Positions 9,782 through 19,902 are shown, numbered from the stretch's first letter. The stretch: 64,000 bases of DNA from Desulfatiglandales bacterium (GCA_035529575.1 DATKWM010000009.1:150-64149), one strand, 5' to 3'. The notes: generated from the letters alone by a model not told the origin. Program-made: numbers and translations.

Positions 9782-10063
9782 TTACGGTTCCCTATATTCC
9801 TTCGTCTTTACTTTTGCCGTAGTAAAAGGTAACAGGGCAATATTTCTCGCTCTTTTTATAGCTAACGCCAGTATTCTTTGATGCTTAGCGCAGTTGCCAG
9901 AAATTCTTCGAGGTATGATCTTACCTCTTTCGGTCGTAAAAGCTGCAAGATTCTTTGAATCTTTGTAGTCGATCTTTAGGCTTGAATCAGCACAAAAGCG
10001 ACAGATCTTGTGCTTAATAAAAACTCTTTTTCTTTGATAATTAAAGGTATCATTAAAGGTCAT
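9782..10063 (-). CDS. rpsR: 30S ribosomal protein S18
   Basis: CRFC...IDYKD...[23 protein letters not shown]18 signature. Confidence 0.92.
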   Translation of the reverse strand: MTFNDTFNYQRKRVFIKHKICRFCADSSLKIDYKDSKNLAAFTTERGKIIPRRISGNCAKHQRILALAIKRARNIALLPFTTAKVKTKEYREP

Positions 10064-10437
10064 TATTTTTCCTCAACGTGTTCATTGTGGCTCTCTTCCA
10101 TTGTATCTTCTATTTCCTTCTCCTTACTTACTAAATCCTTCGGATCAACATTTTCATCAATCTTTACGGTAATATATTTTAAGATTCGATCATCTAATTT
10201 CAGATTCCTCTCTAACTCTGTTAACATTTTAGGAAGAGCGCAAAAATCTAATACGACATAGTAGCCTTTATCAAATCGCTTAACTTCGTAGGCTAATTTT
10301 CTTTTTCCCCACTCATCAACCTTTACAATAGAGCCTTTTAGCTTTTTGATGAGATCCGAAAATTTATCAATTGCCTCTTTTAAAGAGTCATCGTCCAAAG
10401 TGGGGTTTACAATATAAATTGTTTCGTAATGGTTCAT
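10063..10437 (-). CDS. rpsF: 30S ribosomal protein S6
   Basis: [12 protein letters not shown]...[11 protein letters not shown]6 signature with an acidic C-terminal tail. Confidence 0.92.
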   Translation of the reverse strand: MNHYETIYIVNPTLDDDSLKEAIDKFSDLIKKLKGSIVKVDEWGKRKLAYEVKRFDKGYYVVLDFCALPKMLTELERNLKLDDRILKYITVKIDENVDPKDLVSKEKEIEDTMEESHNEHVEEK

Positions 10438-10486
10438 TGAATAGGATACCTTCTTTCTCTATTTATATGTTGAAATTTGTCTCCAT

Positions 10487-10515
10487 TTCTATCCCTGTCG
10501 CTAAAGATTGTCAAC
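10487..10515 (-). promoter_or_regulatory. candidate sigma70-type promoter of the rpsF-rpsR-rplI-dnaB unit
   Basis: On the minus strand: TTGACA (10515-10510), 17-nt spacer, TAGAAA (10492-10487). It lies about 50 nt upstream of the rpsF start. Confidence 0.35.
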
Positions 10516-10616
10516 CCATTTTTTAGACATCCTGCGTTTATGATATTTTTTGAAAACAGGATCTTTATTCTTGGACGTTCCTTCATGTGCGTAAAGCAAT
10601 CGTAAGGCGATGGCTA

Positions 10617-12746
10617 TCAGTCATGTGGAAAACGGGAAAAATCTTCCTTCAAGCCAAAAATGATAAGGCTATCTCCCTCTTTTATTATAGTCGAAGGTGT
10701 GGGAAGCATATATGAAATCTTATTACTTCTATCTTCCGGCTGCCTTTTGATTGTTAAAACGGTAGCCCTATAACTCTGCCGAAGCCTTAACTCACTTAAG
10801 CTCTTCCCTATAAAAATACTGGGAGCAGTAATTTCCGATACCAGGAACCCTCCCGGTAAAGCCAACTTCTGCGAGTGTATCTTTTGTTGAAGTCGAAGAG
10901 ACGTTGCCAAGCCAGATGCCATATCTAATTTAAAGATTTCCCGATTGTAAGTTTCTATCAGATCACTCCTTCGTATTGTTCCAACCAACTGCCCATTATC
11001 TACAACGGGAATCTGATCAAGCTCAAATTTCCCAAAGAGCTGCATAACCATATCAAGGGATTCTTTCGTATTTACCACTGTTACTTCTTGGTCCATGAGA
11101 TCTGAGGCAATTACAACATCACGAACAGATTCATAATCCTTTAGAATAGGTCGTAAATTCTCAAGTGAGATATGACCATGTATTCGGTTATCATCCCCAA
11201 CCACAAAAAAGTGGGTATGGGAACTTGCCATCATCCTCGTAGCAAGTTCGGCCAAGGGTGCCGAGGGAGATACCAGCTCAATATCAGGAATCATCACCTG
11301 GGAAACCTTGAGACGCTTAAGTACATTGAGTTCCTTTCCACCATAGATATTTACTCCCCTTCGGACTAATTTGAGAGTATAAATTGACTCTCTTGAAAGC
11401 TGTGCTGAGATCACCAGTCCTATAGTACATGCAAACATTAAAGGCAGTATTATGAGATAATTGGATGTCATCTCAAAGATTATGATCATCGCGGTAATAG
11501 GGGCTCTGGTAGTACCGGCAACAACTGCACCCATACCCACTAAGGCATATGCACCAGGGGATGCGGTAGTATATGGAAAAAGTGTATGAACAACATGGCC
11601 AAAGCCACCCCCTAACGCTGCCCCCATAAACAGCGAAGGGGCAAATATACCCCCTGAACTACCTGATCCAAGTGTAATGCTGGTAGCCAATATCTTAGCG
11701 ATCAGGAGCCCTAAAAGCATAATCCCTACTACCTCACCATTTAAGATTTGGGAAATTGATTCATATCCTACACCAAAGATATGAGGGAAAAAAATCCCAA
11801 TGCATCCGATAATAGTTCCGCCAATAGCGGGCTTAATAAATTCAGGCAATTTCCATTGTTCAAAAAAATCTTCCATACCGTAAAGGAGACGAATGAAGAT
11901 ATAGGCAACCACCCCTGCTAAGACTCCCAATATTAGATATAGTAATAACTCACTACTGTGCAAAAGAGCATAAGGGGGGACCTTAAAGGCAGGAAAATCT
12001 CCCAGGTAGTGCCTGGATAGGGCAGTAGCAATGACCGAGGAAACTACTATAGGAATAAACTGTAATGCAGCTAATTCACTCAGTATAATTTCTAAAGAGA
12101 ACAGGGCACCGGCCATGGGGGCATTAAAGGTAGCTGCAATACCTGCCGCTGCACCACAGGCTACTAAAATTCGAAGACGGCCTCCAGACACTTTAATCAA
12201 TCTTCCAATAGCCGAAGAAATTGCAGAACCAATTTGTACTATAGGCCCTTCACGGCCTACCGAGCCACCAGAACCTATACAAATAGCAGATGCAAAGGCC
12301 TTTGCAAAGACGACGCGAGTTCTCATCCTCCCATCTTTTAGGGCAACTGCCTCCATCACCTCTGGCACACCATGCCCTTTTGCCTCATGTGCAAAGAAAT
12401 AGACGATTATCCCTACCAGAAGGCCACCTGTTGCTGGGATAACGAGCTTACTCCAAAAGGGTGCTGCGAGGGTCATATGTAACAGATCTTTTCCCTCCAT
12501 CCCGGTTACATTTCCCCACCCTAATTGGGAAGCTATCGCAATTATCTTTCGAAAACCGATAGCTGCATATCCCCCCACTGCACCTGCAATCCCACCCATC
12601 ACGATCATAAAAAAATGTTCACGACGGGTGAAGGCAAGGATAGTTTTATTTATGCTATATTGGATTTTCGAAAAAAAACTGTTGTTCATTTCATATAGTT
12701 CAAAGTTATTGGGAATGGTGGCAATCGATTCAGGTCCACAATACAT
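10617..12746 (-). CDS. ClC-family chloride channel / H+-Cl- antiporter with C-terminal CBS pair and TrkA-C-like domain
   Basis: GSGGSVGREGP and GIFAPSLFMGA selectivity motifs. C-terminal CBS-like repeats. Start is uncertain (12746 or 12689). Confidence 0.85.
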   Translation of the reverse strand: MYCGPESIATIPNNFELYEMNNSFFSKIQYSINKTILAFTRREHFFMIVMGGIAGAVGGYAAIGFRKIIAIASQLGWGNVTGMEGKDLLHMTLAAPFWSKLVIPATGGLLVGIIVYFFAHEAKGHGVPEVMEAVALKDGRMRTRVVFAKAFASAICIGSGGSVGREGPIVQIGSAISSAIGRLIKVSGGRLRILVACGAAAGIAATFNAPMAGALFSLEIILSELAALQFIPIVVSSVIATALSRHYLGDFPAFKVPPYALLHSSELLLYLILGVLAGVVAYIFIRLLYGMEDFFEQWKLPEFIKPAIGGTIIGCIGIFFPHIFGVGYESISQILNGEVVGIMLLGLLIAKILATSITLGSGSSGGIFAPSLFMGAALGGGFGHVVHTLFPYTTASPGAYALVGMGAVVAGTTRAPITAMIIIFEMTSNYLIILPLMFACTIGLVISAQLSRESIYTLKLVRRGVNIYGGKELNVLKRLKVSQVMIPDIELVSPSAPLAELATRMMASSHTHFFVVGDDNRIHGHISLENLRPILKDYESVRDVVIASDLMDQEVTVVNTKESLDMVMQLFGKFELDQIPVVDNGQLVGTIRRSDLIETYNREIFKLDMASGLATSLRLQQKIHSQKLALPGGFLVSEITAPSIFIGKSLSELRLRQSYRATVLTIKRQPEDRSNKISYMLPTPSTIIKEGDSLIIFGLKEDFSRFPHD

Positions 12747-12853
12747 GGACCTGATGTGGATAAAGAATACTAATTTTGAAAAAGAAAAGAAACCTGCCTG
12801 GGTGTATATATCAAATAAGGATAATTATACAATAAAATTTTTTTAATCATATA

Positions 12854-12892
12854 ATACTATCAGAAAAGGCATTATGTCTTTTCTGATAGTAT
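12854..12892 (-). terminator. perfect 15-bp stem hairpin downstream of htrA (no adjacent U-tract)
   Basis: ATACTATCAGAAAAG (12854-12868), 9-nt loop, CTTTTCTGATAGTAT (12878-12892). It lies between the htrA stop and the ClC start. Confidence 0.35.
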
Positions 12893-12938
12893 ATGGACTG
12901 CTATCTACATACAAAGTCAATAAAGTGATGCAAAAATG

Positions 12939-14378
12939 TTACTTCTTATCTCTTTTTAGCACCACATATCTCGAATGACCTCTCTGTTTTATCACAATGA
13001 GGATCTGTTTTTTTGATGACGACTCCTTCATTATCCTTTTATAATCACTTACGTTTTCTACCGGCTCATGTTCTATCTCCTGAATCAGATCACCTCGTTC
13101 CAATCCTGCATCAGAAGCTGGACTGCCTTTCTTTATGCCTGATATAACTACTCCCTTCTCACCCTTTAAAGACAAGCTTTCCGCAATTTCAGGGGTAAGT
13201 TCTTGAACAGACAACCCAAAACTTTCCTCTATCTCAGGGATAGTGGCAGCAACTCTTGTATCCTCTTCCAGCTCCCCTATTGTGATCGTGAGTCGTTTTT
13301 CTTTCCCCTTTCTGATTATGAGTATCTCTACCTCTTTGCCTACTGGTGTTTCTGCGACCATAGCGGGCAGGGTATTCATCGCCTTAACCTTGTTACCGTC
13401 AAAGTTGATTATTACATCTCCCCTCTTCAGGCCTCCCTTATCAGCAGGACTGCCTTTCGTGACCTCTCCTATGAGGGCCCCTTCTTCCGTTTTGAGGCCG
13501 AATTTTTCCTTAATCTCTTGTGTAACTACTTGAATGCTCACACCGAGCCAACCTCTTATAACCTTTCCTTTCTCTTTTAGCTGGGGCATAACGGATTTCG
13601 CCATGTTAATCGGTATAGCAAAACCAATACCTACATTTCCCCCACTTTGGCTCACAATAGCTGTGTTAACTCCTATAACCTCTCCATTGAGATTGAACAG
13701 CGGTCCACCTGAATTTCCAGGATTTATTGAGGCATCTGTTTGAATAAAATTATCATATGGTCCTGCACCTATTACCCGTCCCTTTGCGCTTACAATGCCT
13801 GCGGTTACAGTACTTCCGAGACCAAAAGGATTTCCAATAGCCACAACCCAATCACCTACCATCAGCTTATCTGAATCTCCGAGTCTGGCAGCTGGGATAG
13901 TGTTTTCTGTCTTGATCTTTATCAGGGCAAGATCGGTCTTCGGATCTCTACCAATGATCTGTGCCTCGTATTTCTTTTTATCAGAAAGTGTGACCAGGAT
14001 TTCATCTGCATCTGCGACTACATGGTTATTAGTCAAGATGTAGCCGTCTCCGCTCACAACGACACCCGAACCGAGGCTTCTCTGTTTCATCTCCTGTTCA
14101 GGTATTTGGCCAAAGAAGTGACGGAAATACTCATCCCCAAAAAAATCCTTAAACTCCCTGCTCTGAAAGGGAGAAAGCCTCTGTATTGACTTAACTATCT
14201 TTGTCGTAGAAATATTCACAGCCACATGGGCCTGTTTAGCTGCCAACTCTGCAAAACTATCGGGGATGCCATTTTTTGCTATGGCATTCTGGCTAAGCCA
14301 GAAGGCTGAAAAAAAGACAATAACCAAGCCCAGAAAAATCTTTTTTCTTAGTTGAAAACGCTGATTTTTCATTATCAT
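12939..14378 (-). CDS. htrA: periplasmic serine endoprotease, DegP/HtrA (Do) family, two PDZ domains
   Basis: Signal peptide. Catalytic-triad context TNNHVV / DLALIK / GNSGGPL. Two PDZ-like repeats. Confidence 0.9.
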   Translation of the reverse strand: MIMKNQRFQLRKKIFLGLVIVFFSAFWLSQNAIAKNGIPDSFAELAAKQAHVAVNISTTKIVKSIQRLSPFQSREFKDFFGDEYFRHFFGQIPEQEMKQRSLGSGVVVSGDGYILTNNHVVADADEILVTLSDKKKYEAQIIGRDPKTDLALIKIKTENTIPAARLGDSDKLMVGDWVVAIGNPFGLGSTVTAGIVSAKGRVIGAGPYDNFIQTDASINPGNSGGPLFNLNGEVIGVNTAIVSQSGGNVGIGFAIPINMAKSVMPQLKEKGKVIRGWLGVSIQVVTQEIKEKFGLKTEEGALIGEVTKGSPADKGGLKRGDVIINFDGNKVKAMNTLPAMVAETPVGKEVEILIIRKGKEKRLTITIGELEEDTRVAATIPEIEESFGLSVQELTPEIAESLSLKGEKGVVISGIKKGSPASDAGLERGDLIQEIEHEPVENVSDYKRIMKESSSKKQILIVIKQRGHSRYVVLKRDKK

Positions 14379-14885
14379 TTCACCTCCTTGTTTACCTTTC
14401 CTTTTTCACTTTTTTCCTCTAATTTTTTTAGGATTTGTTGAGCTTTTGCCAAGTCTCTTCTCAAGGCAACCATCTCTTCTTTCAATCGTTCTGCCTCATC
14501 ATGTTCGTGGGCATCGATATGGTGTGAGGAACTATGATCGCTACATGGAACCGCTCCATCGATCTGGCCACTCATGTGATTTTTTATTACGTCCCCCACT
14601 ATGCCGGAAGCTCCTGTAAATGCTTGTATCCCGAGTTGTTGAAAAACCGATAGCCTTTGGCCCCATGCCACCAGAAATGATTACATCAACCCCTAAGCTA
14701 TGTATAAAATTAGGTACCTCACCAGTTTGGCCATGGCTTTCATAGAAGGGGTTTTTTACTGCCTTGACATCCTTAATTTCCTTGTCATCGACGTCCACCA
14801 CTATATAATAGGGGCACCTACCAAAATGGTGACTTACGACTGCATCTAACCCCATATTATCATCTGTAGCGAGTGCAATTTTCAT
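14375..14885 (-). pseudogene. NifX/NifB-like (dinitrogenase FeMo-cofactor-binding fold) protein, frameshifted at a T5 run
   Basis: ORF 14541-14885 carries MKIALATDD..VSHHFGRCPYYIVVDV...VIISGGMGPKAIGF. The expected continuation QQLGIQAFTGASG... lies in ORF 14375-14671 in another frame. The junction is at the homopolymer 14642-14646. Confidence 0.6.
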
Positions 14886-15156
14886 GCTTGTATTCTCCTT
14901 TCATTGTGACTATTCCGTTAATGCTTCACTCTCTTTTTAATAAAGTAGTATATCCTACAATGGTTATTTTTCAGCTATTACCTACTATGTAAAACAGGAA
15001 TTTAATTAGAAAAGATAAGACTATTAGGAGAGGATGTCAAGACAAGAAGGCCAAATTTGGGAATGATGCGGGCCCACATATACTTCTTTTACGATAACCC
15101 TATTTTCCAATCGAAGTCTTACTTCTATGGCAGTGAAGTATCGAGAATTTTGCCTT

Positions 15157-16470
15157 CTAACTCTCCATAGCCTCAAAAAAAGCCTCAATCCGGGTGCGTG
15201 TCTGCTCCTCGAAGTACACCCTGGAATCAGTAATGTCTGCCTCTATGACCACAGAGGGAACCGTAAGCCTATCCATCAAAATGCGTCCAAGGTCATACTG
15301 ACCCACCGAATAAGGCTTGCAGCTTCTCGCAGAGTGGATCACTAAGCCGTCAACCCGATACTCCTTAATAAGTCGTTCCATAAGCTCTAGGCGATTAGTA
15401 AGGTTTTTGTTAAGTATTACGAGGCTGTAGGCCTTGGCCATGGACTCGAATGGTCGGTTCACATCTAAATCGTAAATAGTCTCAGCCCAGGCGTTTGTAT
15501 ACGTGGCAGTAACAAAGTTCATGCCCTGAGCGGCAAAGATATCGGAGAGATCTCGTACCTTATACCAGATAGGGATGTTGTCCCACATGAGCCTCTTGCG
15601 CTCATGTGGGATAGCCCCCACACCACGCTCAATTCGCTCCTTCAGCTCACGTAGAAGGATACGATAGTAGTCCAAGGCCACAGGCAGCCCGCGCAGCGAA
15701 ACAATGGGGGCGAGATGTCCAAATGCATCAAAGATTGTCATGGGCGCTGGTTGGGTCTTCATGGTAGCCAAAACTTCACCCCAGGTGAGAGAGCCTTCCT
15801 TTGCAATACTAATAATTCCCTGAAACTTCTTATAGTTGAAACGCTGCCCGGAGACCTGCTCTAATAATGGAATCATCTCTTCGAACTGACGGACCATGTA
15901 AGAGATATCATGTTCTGTTATAGTTGAAAAGTTATACGGCGTGTCAAAGAGAACAAGTGGCACCTTCCAGTAATGGGCCAAAGCCTTATACCAGTAGACT
16001 ACTGTCTGGCAGATATTGTTTGAGGCGAACAAAAGGTCCGGCTTTGGTAATTTACCGACCGGGGTTATGCCAGAGAAATAGTGCCCTAGGTCTATCCGGG
16101 CATATGAGCACAGGTCCTGGTGATAGCCATGTTCCTCTGCTATGGCGCACAGTTCCGGCCCCATCTTTTTCGCTCCACAGAGAGCTCCGTGGTTTTCTGG
16201 ATAGAATGTGTAGAAATCAAAAACCCTCAGCAGCTCAACAGGTGCACCACTGGTTACCCAGGCCACAGGTTTCGCTCCCTCAGTGTAGCGTGACAGGAAG
16301 TAGTGTCTGGCCATAATCTCCTTTAAACGATTGGTGCTCTTAAGTGCTGGTCCAAAGTTGGGGTTGGGACTTGTTGGGCGCTTTTTCTTTTTTAACCGAG
16401 AAAAACGCATGAGGGCTGGGGCGCCAAGGTCTTTCATGAAATGGTAACGTACATTCTTAAGCAATGACAT
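15157..16470 (-). CDS. 2-hydroxyacyl-CoA dehydratase / benzoyl-CoA reductase BcrC-BadD-HgdB superfamily subunit (larger subunit)
   Basis: 437 aa with family-typical Cys-containing segments. It is paired with a paralogous subunit immediately upstream. Confidence 0.7.
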   Translation of the reverse strand: MSLLKNVRYHFMKDLGAPALMRFSRLKKKKRPTSPNPNFGPALKSTNRLKEIMARHYFLSRYTEGAKPVAWVTSGAPVELLRVFDFYTFYPENHGALCGAKKMGPELCAIAEEHGYHQDLCSYARIDLGHYFSGITPVGKLPKPDLLFASNNICQTVVYWYKALAHYWKVPLVLFDTPYNFSTITEHDISYMVRQFEEMIPLLEQVSGQRFNYKKFQGIISIAKEGSLTWGEVLATMKTQPAPMTIFDAFGHLAPIVSLRGLPVALDYYRILLRELKERIERGVGAIPHERKRLMWDNIPIWYKVRDLSDIFAAQGMNFVTATYTNAWAETIYDLDVNRPFESMAKAYSLVILNKNLTNRLELMERLIKEYRVDGLVIHSARSCKPYSVGQYDLGRILMDRLTVPSVVIEADITDSRVYFEEQTRTRIEAFFEAMES

Positions 16471-16479
16471 AAAAATCCT

Positions 16480-17556
16480 CTAACTGATCATTTCTACAAA
16501 GGCCTCAACACGGGTTTCTAACTGACCGCTGAGACCCTGGTTTACCTCGCAGTCTATAAGGAGAGTAGCCAGCCCCCTCTTTTTCAGCTCTTCTACAAGA
16601 TGCGGCACATCAAATAGCTCAGTCTCACAGAATTTTACCATATAAAAGATTACCCCTTTGGCTTTGCTACGCTCAATTTTTTTAAAAAGATGATCCGCAC
16701 GTGCTTTCAGAGACGAGTTTTTGGTTGTGCATGGGGGCATACCAAAATAATTCTCGGCCATAGCTTCAAAGGGATCTTCGTTTCTGCTCTCAGGTGACAG
16801 AAGCCGTCTGCCACAATTCAAAAGATCGTCGTCAGCAACCTTCACCCCCATTTCGTCCAGGATTTTGAGGATCTCAGGGGGATTTGGCACAATACCGCTC
16901 AGAATCACTGAGGGACCCTTGCGACCGTGGCCCCTTGAGATGGAAAGGAACTCCTCGAGCAGGGGCAGGAAATCATCAGGATGCAGGTATTCACCTCTTC
17001 GGATTATCTGGTAAAAATCGGTATTAGAGGCGGTAAGTTCATCACAGGCCCTGAGCCTATACAGTTCTTTAAGGAGTGCGGCCACCCGATGCCCCTTCTT
17101 CACCTGCTGTTTCAGTGTGGAGAAATCAAGGGCCCCAAGCTGTGTTTCCAGCCTTAACACTAATCCCTTAAGCTCCTCCAGATAGTAGCGCCTGGATGCG
17201 GCACTGTACGGAGCCTTGGGATGGTAAAAAAAGTAGCAGGGCGTATCGAGGTTCAGGTAATCGGAAACAATAGAGGCCAGATTCTGGATAGAGTCACAGG
17301 TGTGAGGAAACAAGAAGCCATCTATGTCCTTGCACTTGCCCTGCAGTATAAGCTCTAACCCTAGTTTAACTACCGAGCAGATATACGACTGCAGGTGAGC
17401 GTTCGCATGGTTAACCTCGAGTGGCGGATCCCAGACCTCCACTGGCAGCACGTTCATAGCCCAGAGTATCTCTTTGGGGTAGTAGGCAGGGAAAATTCCA
17501 AAAAGTTTTCGCCCCTTTTCCTCCTTCTGCCTCATCAGATATTCTTTGCGTGTCAT
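16480..17556 (-). CDS. 2-hydroxyacyl-CoA dehydratase family subunit (smaller subunit)
   Basis: 358 aa. N-terminus FGIFPAYYPKEILWAMNVLPVEVW and C-terminus FYMVKFCETELFDVP are typical of the HgdB/BcrC family. Confidence 0.7.
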   Translation of the reverse strand: MTRKEYLMRQKEEKGRKLFGIFPAYYPKEILWAMNVLPVEVWDPPLEVNHANAHLQSYICSVVKLGLELILQGKCKDIDGFLFPHTCDSIQNLASIVSDYLNLDTPCYFFYHPKAPYSAASRRYYLEELKGLVLRLETQLGALDFSTLKQQVKKGHRVAALLKELYRLRACDELTASNTDFYQIIRRGEYLHPDDFLPLLEEFLSISRGHGRKGPSVILSGIVPNPPEILKILDEMGVKVADDDLLNCGRRLLSPESRNEDPFEAMAENYFGMPPCTTKNSSLKARADHLFKKIERSKAKGVIFYMVKFCETELFDVPHLVEELKKRGLATLLIDCEVNQGLSGQLETRVEAFVEMIS

Positions 17557-17578
17557 CAGTTCTTTCTATGTAAGATTT

Positions 17579-18340
17579 TTAATTCACGTTTAATCCCTTT
17601 TCCCTTAAATAATCCTTCACCTCTCTAATGCTTAAGATGTGATAATGAAACACAGAAGCAGCCAGGAGAATCTGTGCGCCACCTAAAACCACCCCTTCAT
17701 AGAAATGTGTGAGCTTTCCAGCACCACCTGAAGCCACTACCGGTAAATCAACGACATCTGAAATGGCTTTTGTATATTCAAGATCATATCCTGCCTGTGT
17801 TCCATCTCCATCCATACTGGTGGGTAAAATTACACCTGCACCCAGTTCCTGACACCGTTTGGCCCACTCGATAGCATCCTTCCCAGTTGGTTGTGTACCA
17901 CCTGAAACAACCAACTCAAAACCAGAGGCCATCTCGTTATTCCTTCTTGCATCGATCGCCACAGTGATCCTTTCTGATCCAAATTGTTCCGCCCCTTCCC
18001 TGATGATATCAGGATTCCTTACTGCCGCACTGTTCATAGAAACCTTATTCGCGCCTGCTTTCAAGACCACATCAATATCCTCTAACACAGATATTCCCCC
18101 TCCAACGGTGAGAGGGATATCGATAACCGACGAGACATTTCGTACCCATTCCAGTTGGGTTTTTCTTCTCTCTACTGTTGCCGCTATATCAAGCATGGCC
18201 AGCTCATCGGCTCCTTCTTTTTGATATAAGATCGCATTTTCTACTGGATCGCCGGCATGTTTCAGATCAACAAAATGGATTCCCTTGACTACCCTCCCCT
18301 CTTTCATATCAAGACAGGGCATTATTTTAATTGTATCCAT
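17579..18340 (-). CDS. hisF: imidazole glycerol phosphate synthase, cyclase subunit HisF
   Basis: [22 protein letters not shown] and SGGAG motifs. ATG at 18340 has an AGAGGA RBS. The ORF itself extends to 18373. Confidence 0.9.
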   Translation of the reverse strand: MDTIKIMPCLDMKEGRVVKGIHFVDLKHAGDPVENAILYQKEGADELAMLDIAATVERRKTQLEWVRNVSSVIDIPLTVGGGISVLEDIDVVLKAGANKVSMNSAAVRNPDIIREGAEQFGSERITVAIDARRNNEMASGFELVVSGGTQPTGKDAIEWAKRCQELGAGVILPTSMDGDGTQAGYDLEYTKAISDVVDLPVVASGGAGKLTHFYEGVVLGGAQILLAASVFHYHILSIREVKDYLREKGLNVN

Positions 18341-18745
18341 AAATTCCTCTTTTTTCTCTTTGGGTAACACCAATCTTACACTCTCCTACGACACCTGCTC
18401 ACATTATCTGAGTATTCTCAAAATCAGATCAGGCATTTTCCTAACACTGCATGGCATCATAGTATTCAATACCAATGTATGCAAATCTCTTAAAGCATAC
18501 GGCGAGACCTTTGAAAAACCTGACAGTTTCTGCCATCCTCATCAAAAAATATGGATTTTGCAAATATCTCACGGCATTCAGGTAGCTACTATTGCATACT
18601 CTCATCTTCTATATCAATTTCTTTCTTACTCTGCAAAGGGGATGGCTTGACAATGTAAAATTCTACCTTATCTTTTACGCTTAAGAAGTGATGAAATATG
18701 GCCTGCTGCAGTGTCCATAGTAAATGGCAGACATAGTACAATACG

Positions 18746-19345
18746 ATGGAGTTATACACCATGCTTAGAAAATTAGTTGTTGGCCCTTATCAGGCTAACT
18801 GTTATATTTTAGGTTGCAAAGAAACAAAAGAGGGCGTTGTAATTGACCCTGGAGATGAAGTATTGCGTATTGTAAAAGAAATCTCAGAGAATGCTCTGAA
18901 GATCCTCTACATACTCATTACCCACGGTCACATTGATCATATTGGGGGTGCTGGTGAACTAAAACAAATAACCAAGGCTCCCCTATTCATTCACAACCTT
19001 GATGCCCCAGGCCTACATTTTAGACCAGATGGATATCTCTACGATGGCCAAGAACTACACTTCGGCACTTATAGTATCTCAGTGATTCATACTCCTGGCC
19101 ACTCTCCCGGGGGAGTGAGCTTCCATTCTCCTGGCGCTATCTTTACTGGTGATACCCTTTTTGCAGGTTCTATAGGAAGAACCGATTTTCCTGGAGGAGA
19201 TCATAACAAATTGATAGATGGGGCTGTAACAAAGATCTTCCCCTTAGGAGATGATGTGCGAGTATATCCAGGACATGGCCCGACAACCACAGTTGGCAGA
19301 GAGCGCCTTACAAACCCCTTTTTCAGCTCCAGCCACACCTTTTGA
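18746..19345 (+). CDS. MBL-fold metallo-hydrolase (glyoxalase II-like)
   Basis: THGHIDHIGG metal motif. GPYQANCY N-terminus. TPGHSPGG. Confidence 0.8.
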   Translation: MELYTMLRKLVVGPYQANCYILGCKETKEGVVIDPGDEVLRIVKEISENALKILYILITHGHIDHIGGAGELKQITKAPLFIHNLDAPGLHFRPDGYLYDGQELHFGTYSISVIHTPGHSPGGVSFHSPGAIFTGDTLFAGSIGRTDFPGGDHNKLIDGAVTKIFPLGDDVRVYPGHGPTTTVGRERLTNPFFSSSHTF

Positions 19346-19463
19346 ACGTATACATGCCATTTTATACGCCTTGGTACGGTATATTTTATATCTGTTCAAA
19401 CGCATCACAAAGGCCATGGATGTCTTTTTTTGCTGTTGAATGGGGAAGCCTTTTTATATAGAC

Positions 19464-19640
19464 TGTATCCAATACATAGGTAACTGCTCAGGTTCAAAGT
19501 TCCCAAGTTCACCGTTCAATGTGAGAAAACGATGAACATACCTGCCCGGCAGACGTCAGACGGGGACCAGTATGAAGATGAGGCAACTAATCCCGATTTC
19601 ATCGGGAAACCTTGAATCTCACCTGCCGTCCGGCGGGCAG
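19464..19640. repeat. intergenic repeat module, copy 3 (TGTATCCAATACAT box 19464-19477, GTTCNNN heptads 19491-19525, GC palindromes 19541-19640)
   Basis: Shares the 14-mer box and the AGGTAAcTG..GGTTCAAAGTTCcCAAGTTCACCGTTCAA segment with 442-550. Confidence 0.5.
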
Positions 19641-19722
19641 GCCTGAACCTGATAACCCGACTAATTACATAAATAGATTCCACGAGATCTTTGCACAACC
19701 TGACAATCTTTGTAACCCAAGA

Positions 19723-19902
19723 AAAGAGGGTGGACTTTTCTGGGCTGGCGTAAGGGCGATGTTTTTTCGCAACTTATCAGTGGGGGAAACCGTAGGCCCC
19801 GACATGTCGGGGCAATGCGGAGGGGGTAAAACTCTCCCATAGATAAGTTGCTGAAAAGACCAGCCCGAGATCCTCGGAACTGAAGAAAAACCCACCCTCT
19901 TT
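19723..19902. ncRNA. candidate structured RNA (or hairpin element), about 180 nt, rod-like nested helices, class unknown
   Basis: Nested complementary pairs: 19723-19733/19892-19902 (11 bp), 19741-19748/19860-19867 (8 bp, one G-U), 19769-19778/19842-19851 (10 bp), 19781-19786/19834-19839 (6 bp), and an apical palindrome GCCCCGAcatgTCGGGGC. No plausible ORF. Strand undetermined. Confidence 0.3.

Noticed and set aside
9195-10437. rpsF-rpsR-rplI cluster lacking the ssb gene often found between rpsF and rpsR.
   Set aside because: The gene order rpsF-rpsR-rplI-dnaB without ssb is common in many lineages, so this is not unusual enough to report as a finding.
14375-14671. A 98-aa His-rich ORF considered as an independent gene overlapping the NifX-like ORF.
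   Set aside because: Its first ~35 residues (QQLGIQAFTGASGIVGDV...) are the missing C-terminal part of the NifX-like fold encoded upstream in another frame. I interpret the two as one frameshifted gene.
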